Source: Candidatus Omnitrophota bacterium (GTDB taxonomy: Bacteria > Omnitrophota > Gorgyraeia > Zapsychrales > JANLHA01). From it: 64,000 nt of DNA. Made by a program: the position numbers and the translations under genes. Each line of letters opens with the position of its first letter. Within the stretch, counting starts at the first letter, position 1. Below, piece after piece: positions 59,461-64,000 of this stretch. The DNA lies in the NCBI GenBank assembly GCA_963662715.1, contig OY759724.1, positions 2,458,662 to 2,522,661 of the forward strand, given 5' to 3'. The notes under the pieces were generated by a model that worked only from the letters and a program-made list of their open reading frames with translations, was not told the origin of the DNA and did no database searches.

Positions 59461-61206
59461 ATGGTCTTTCAATGGGAGGAGCGATCTGTCTTTCCTTTGA
59501 GCCGTTTCATCCTGAGTAAATGTGCGAACATGAACTGTGTCATTTTCCAACCCCACGTTAGTGCATCCCGCTGGTTTAATAAAATCGTGATTCTTGTCAT
59601 ATCTTTCTGCCTCGGTGGCTGTGCAAGCTTTCCCTTGCATACAGCGATCCGTCAGCAGGACCGAAACCGGGCTAAAGAGTTAATCAACCGGAAAAGAGGG
59701 CTTAATGACTTCAACGAGCAAGGGCTTTTGCCGATTCATTTGGCGGCAAAAGCAGATGAGGTCGAATTGGTCAAGGTCATGCTGAACGCTGGTGTAGACA
59801 TTGACGCGCGCGCTAATGATCTGGCAAAAAACGTAACCCCCTTATTTGAAGCGACGGCGGCCGGGCATACACGGATGATAGAGTTCCTGCTCAAAAATGG
59901 GGCCATTCCTGACCTGGCAACAAGCGATGGCTTGACACCAGTCATGCGTGCCGCACAAGACGGTAATATCAGTGCCCTCCAGGTTCTCTGCAGAAATAAG
60001 GCCGATCTTGATCTGCAGTTACCCAATGGGTATACGTCATTGATGCTTGCCATACAGCACCGGCATTCACGGTGTATCCAAGAGCTTCTTGAAAACGGCG
60101 CTGATCCTGACATTTTGAATGCTGACGGCAGATCAGCTTTGTGGCTTAGTATAAAAGAAGATGAAAGTGATGTTGTTGAAATGTTGGCAAAGAACAAAGT
60201 GGATATAAACAGTATTAATAGTGGGATGGTCCCGCTTATACAGGCGTTTTCAGATGGAAACATAAAAATAGTAGAAACATTGATCAGGCTCGGGGCGGAT
60301 GTCAATGTGCAAAGCAGTGAAGGGTGGACTCCACTGGGATGGGCGGCGCTGAATGGAAAACCACGCTTGGTTGAATTATTGCTGCAACACGGCGCAGACA
60401 TCGATGGCGCGGATATTTCCGGTCAAACTCCGCTGTATCTGGCGGCAATACAGAATAATGCCGAAGTGGTTCTTATCTTGGTCGAAAACGGAGCGGACAT
60501 TAAGGCAAAGACGGATGAAAATACGACGGTTTTACACGCAGCTGCTCTGGGGGAACATCCGGATATGATTGATTTCTTTTTGAGGCTAGGACTACGCCCT
60601 CAAGTGGTTACTGGCGGGGCTGAAGATGCCTATGCAACGGCTTTGGCATATAAGCGTTATGGGCAATTAAATCTGAAAAATGGTGATACTGCCGGGGGCA
60701 GGGAAGCGTATGAAACGGCAGCTGAACAATTTTCACTCGCGGCCGGGAAGTATTCCGAACTGATTCAGGAGTATGCCCAAAAAATTCAATCAAAAAAGAT
60801 GAAAGAATTTTTGGCAAAAACGGCCCTTGTTCTGGCCCAGGGGGTTGTCTATGCAGCTCAGTCGTACCAGGCTGCAAGCAATTACAAAAGTTATTCTGAG
60901 GTAGCCGCTTTAAAACAGGCATCGTCAAACGGATCTGGCGTATCCGGATATTATAGTGCCTTAAATGCCTACCGGGAGGCCTATGTCCCGGTGTCCCATA
61001 CGACGGGAGGTTTCCCATCTACCATTAAGTCAGGGACCGGCGATATAAGACTGTTCACTGCTGCAAAAAACAGGTGCAACCTGCGGGCCGTAACAAGTGC
61101 CGGCTATGCACAAGAATGTTTAAGGGCCACGGAATGCTTTGCCGGAAACGATATGGCAACAGAAATTCTGGAGTGTATTCAACACGCGGAAAGAAAAAAT
61201 CTTTGA
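59461..61206 (+). CDS. large ankyrin-repeat lipoprotein (about 10 ANK repeats plus a C-terminal helical domain)
   Basis: Lipobox ISFCLGGCAS. Repeats such as GLLPIHLAAKADEVELVKVMLNAGVDIDAR. The start could be the ATG at 59530. Confidence 0.7.
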   Translation: MVFQWEERSVFPLSRFILSKCANMNCVIFQPHVSASRWFNKIVILVISFCLGGCASFPLHTAIRQQDRNRAKELINRKRGLNDFNEQGLLPIHLAAKADEVELVKVMLNAGVDIDARANDLAKNVTPLFEATAAGHTRMIEFLLKNGAIPDLATSDGLTPVMRAAQDGNISALQVLCRNKADLDLQLPNGYTSLMLAIQHRHSRCIQELLENGADPDILNADGRSALWLSIKEDESDVVEMLAKNKVDINSINSGMVPLIQAFSDGNIKIVETLIRLGADVNVQSSEGWTPLGWAALNGKPRLVELLLQHGADIDGADISGQTPLYLAAIQNNAEVVLILVENGADIKAKTDENTTVLHAAALGEHPDMIDFFLRLGLRPQVVTGGAEDAYATALAYKRYGQLNLKNGDTAGGREAYETAAEQFSLAAGKYSELIQEYAQKIQSKKMKEFLAKTALVLAQGVVYAAQSYQAASNYKSYSEVAALKQASSNGSGVSGYYSALNAYREAYVPVSHTTGGFPSTIKSGTGDIRLFTAAKNRCNLRAVTSAGYAQECLRATECFAGNDMATEILECIQHAERKNL

Positions 61207-61220
61207 AAGGGGGGAGTAAA

Positions 61221-62120
61221 ATGAATTTTTCGCATCTGCGAAACGCTCTTGTGGTTTTGGGGGTGATTTTATTGAGCGGGTGTGCCGGTGCTTTGCACAC
61301 GGCTGCCAAGCAAAATGACGTGCCCCGGGCTAAAATGTTAATCGAGAGCGGCGTTCAGGTTGACTGCCGGGCAAAGTGGAAAAATGAAACTCCTTTACAA
61401 ATGGCGGCGGAAGCGGGGAATACAGAGGTAGTGAAATTCCTGATAGATGCTGGAGCTGACGTAAATGCGGGAGGATACAATAATTTTACCGTCTTGCACA
61501 GTGCCATTACCAGCGGAAACGAAGATGTCGTCCGTCTGCTCCTAGAAAATGGCGCCAATGTCAACGCGGTTACCGATGAGGAGTATGCTCCGATTCATCA
61601 TGCGGCCTATCATGGCAATGCAAACATTATACGCTTGTTGATCAATTATGGTGCTGATCTTACACTGAAAGACAGGTGGATTAATAATATGACCCCTTAT
61701 GAACTGGCATCTGTCAGGAACCATGATAGCGTCGTTCTTAATCTTTTAAGGATTGAAGATCAGAAGGCTTCTGCTGCATCTGCCGGGATGGATGTCAACC
61801 CAGAGTCTATAGCCTCAGAGATGTCTGAGAAAAAATATGCGGTGGATGAACGCCGTCCGTATGTCGTTCTTGCGGCTGAAAGGGGACAGTACAAAGTTTT
61901 GCAGGGGCTTATTGAAAATGGCGTCGATGTGAATACAGTCTTACCCGACGGCTCTACCGCTTTGATGCTTGCGGCGAAGAGAGGTCATGATGATATCGTG
62001 AAATTGCTCCTGCGACATGGCGCTGATGTCAACGTTGAGCGTAATGATGGAGAGAATGCCATGTCTCTGGCGGCAAGTGAGGAGATTCGAGAAATCTTAA
62101 GAAGTTTTGGTGCTCAATAA
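61221..62120 (+). CDS. ankyrin-repeat lipoprotein
   Basis: MNFSHLRNALVVLGVILLSGCAG lipobox. Eight or more ANK repeats. GGGGGAG RBS. Confidence 0.7.
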   Translation: MNFSHLRNALVVLGVILLSGCAGALHTAAKQNDVPRAKMLIESGVQVDCRAKWKNETPLQMAAEAGNTEVVKFLIDAGADVNAGGYNNFTVLHSAITSGNEDVVRLLLENGANVNAVTDEEYAPIHHAAYHGNANIIRLLINYGADLTLKDRWINNMTPYELASVRNHDSVVLNLLRIEDQKASAASAGMDVNPESIASEMSEKKYAVDERRPYVVLAAERGQYKVLQGLIENGVDVNTVLPDGSTALMLAAKRGHDDIVKLLLRHGADVNVERNDGENAMSLAASEEIREILRSFGAQ

Positions 62121-62238
62121 CCTTAAAGAGTTTTGGCGTATTGGGGATCAATAAATACGCAGAGAAAGCACACATGTATTTCCAATCGTCACTTTTAATC
62201 CCCAGCATGGGCGTGCGGGTATTTACCAAGGAGAGATT

Positions 62239-62724
62239 ATGAAAAGGATGAGGAATTTTTGTTTAATTGCCGTAACTGTCATATGTGCTGGTTGTGCATC
62301 AGCCCAGGTTTGGATGAGCCCCCTGATCAGCGCACCAGCAAGGATGTCTTATTCGATTGAAATGTTTGAAGATGCCAACGACAGAAAGGACAACGCTATC
62401 TTTCCGGATGCAGCAGAAATAGTTACTAATGCTTTTGAGACGTCACTCTTAACGCATGGTTATCGCGTCATAAAGGAAGGAGAAGCAGACGCGATCATAA
62501 GCGGAAAAGTGTTGTCTTACCACCGCGGACGTTTATTCGGCCCTGGGCCAAACACTACGGTCGGATTTGAAGTGAATGCAAGAGATGCTGAAACAGGTGA
62601 GATGCTATGGAAAGCTTCACATTCAATTACAACTGAGTTTGACATTACTTATGACCCAAAACTTCTTGCGGATACGGTCTCTAACGAACTTGTGAAAAAA
62701 TTGAGCAACTGGGCAAAAGAGTGA
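62239..62724 (+). CDS. lipoprotein of unknown function
   Basis: MKRMRNFCLIAVTVICAGCAS lipobox. Confidence 0.5.
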   Translation: MKRMRNFCLIAVTVICAGCASAQVWMSPLISAPARMSYSIEMFEDANDRKDNAIFPDAAEIVTNAFETSLLTHGYRVIKEGEADAIISGKVLSYHRGRLFGPGPNTTVGFEVNARDAETGEMLWKASHSITTEFDITYDPKLLADTVSNELVKKLSNWAKE

Positions 62725-62813
62725 AAATGAAGGGGCGAAATGAAGGGGCCAGTCCCCCAAAAGGGACAGGGCGAACGAATTGAGAAATAGATAGAAAGAC
62801 AGCTACTTATTTC

Positions 62814-62841
62814 TTGACTTAATCTGGGAAGCATGTACAAT
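62814..62841 (+). promoter_or_regulatory. sigma70-like promoter of cspA (TTGACT, 16-nt spacer, TACAAT) with a ~100-nt 5' UTR
   Basis: Consensus-like hexamers. A long leader is typical of cold-shock genes. Confidence 0.5.
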
Positions 62842-62947
62842 AACCCATGAGTAAATAAGCAAAAAGAAATTAATTGCCGAAAATTTTTTTTGGTTTTTTT
62901 CATTCTGTCATTGTTTACTCAAGTTTGATTGAAAGGAGGGTAAATTA

Positions 62948-63151
62948 ATGGCAACAGGTAAAGTTAAGTGGTTCAATGATCAAAAGGGTTTTGGTTTCAT
63001 AACTCCTGATGATGGAAGCGAAGATTGTTTTGTCCATCATAGTGAAATTCAAGGTGACGGTTTCAAGTCCTTAAGTGAAGGACAAGCCGTTGAATTCCAG
63101 GCTGGACAAGGCCCTAAAGGTCCTCAAGCAACCAAAGTCGTAAAGGTGTAA
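62948..63151 (+). CDS. cspA: cold-shock protein (CspA family)
   Basis: [35 protein letters not shown] shows the RNP1 and RNP2 motifs. 67 aa. Confidence 0.9.
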   Translation: MATGKVKWFNDQKGFGFITPDDGSEDCFVHHSEIQGDGFKSLSEGQAVEFQAGQGPKGPQATKVVKV

Positions 63152-63764
63152 TTCCCCCGTTTTTTCAAGGCCCGACACATTGTGTCGGGCCTTGTTTGTC
63201 TAGTGCTGCCTCATCAAGTTTTGCCCCCGCTAACTAAAATCATCGGTGTCCGTTATGATGTTTATCCTTTCCTGTGAGGTTGCTGCGAAGAAAGTAGCCT
63301 CCCGAGTATACTGTTATAATGGCAAAATAAAGCAGGCAGTTTATCTTTGTTATAGGCAATCCCAAGAAAATTCTTGTTCTCTCATTAATCTCCCTTTTCT
63401 AAAAAAAGAGGAACCATTCACCACGGTCAATTCATCCAGGAAAAGACGTCGGTTCAGGATAATAAATATTGTGTTTATAGGCTTAATAAGCTATACTTGA
63501 CACAGCTATTTAAATAGATAATTCCCGCCAACCTCAGATCTCTCGAGTTTCTTTCTTGATGTCTACCAGAATGAACTCCTATTTATCTATCTTGAATATT
63601 ACAAATTACCCGCATAATTTTAAAAAATTTGTGCGTAAAAGCGCCTGGAAGAATGATTTATTTGTTAATCCCGTTGCGCCGGATAGCATAATAAATTATT
63701 TTGTCCTCCTTTTTAAAAAGAGTGCAAAAATTTGATTCAGATGAATCACTTAAGGAGGTGGGGC

Positions 63765-64000
63765 ATGTCTAGAGGAAAAGTCAGGGATTATGATGCCGGG
63801 CAGGGATATGGAATTATTGTTGATTCTTCCACGGGGCAGGAGCTTACAGCGTATTCAAATTATATAAATTTAAAGAAAGGAGAGATTTTAAAAGAAGGAC
63901 AGGAAGTAGAATATGAAATAGAACATAAACGCAGTGAAAATTGGGCCGTTAATGTAAAAGTCTTGCATGATTTCAATGAGGACGACGATTTAACCAGCAT
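63765..64000 (+). CDS. cold-shock-domain protein, divergent, runs off the window end
   Basis: MSRGKVRDYDAGQGYGIIVDSSTGQELTAYSNY. GGAGG RBS. No stop within the window. Confidence 0.55.
   Translation, partial: MSRGKVRDYDAGQGYGIIVDSSTGQELTAYSNYINLKKGEILKEGQEVEYEIEHKRSENWAVNVKVLHDFNEDDDLTS

Overview
This looks like a bacterial chromosomal segment of about 50% GC (my estimate by eye) with two distinct parts. From 1 to 40.7 kb it is core genome on a mostly co-directional + strand: ychF, an MBOAT O-acyltransferase, a pssA-like CDP-alcohol phosphatidyltransferase, purU, a CheY-type response regulator plus PilZ protein, a tandem M16 peptidase, a CpaF/TadA-type ATPase, a PAS histidine kinase, tadA, an NHL-repeat protein, an MCP, tex, mscS, a yfcH-like epimerase, dnaX and recR. 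It also holds tRNA-Ser(GGA), tRNA-Arg(ACG), tRNA-Ser(GCT), tRNA-Asn(GTT) and a small bTHX ribosomal-protein ORF that the ORF track misses. Envelope functions are prominent: two GT-C/TMTC-like membrane glycosyltransferases, two MORN-repeat (YwqK-like) proteins, and several outer-membrane beta-barrel candidates including a tandem paralogous pair. Immediately downstream of tRNA-Asn (about 40.73 kb) the sequence becomes AT-richer and accessory in character. It carries a decayed HigB/HigA-type toxin-antitoxin pair, a ParB fragment, five ankyrin-repeat proteins (one frameshifted in a T8 run) and a cluster of small lipoproteins. It also carries an isolated leuA with its own Leu-rich leader peptide and attenuator, bracketed by near-identical ~230-bp GC-rich direct repeats. 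Two SAM methyltransferases, an IS3-family element nested inside an IS200/IS605 remnant, a family of GC-rich repeat elements and cold-shock genes complete it. I found no rRNA, CRISPR array, integrase or recognisable defence system. The accessory region (ankyrin-rich island, leuA cassette, repeat family) is the most novel part.
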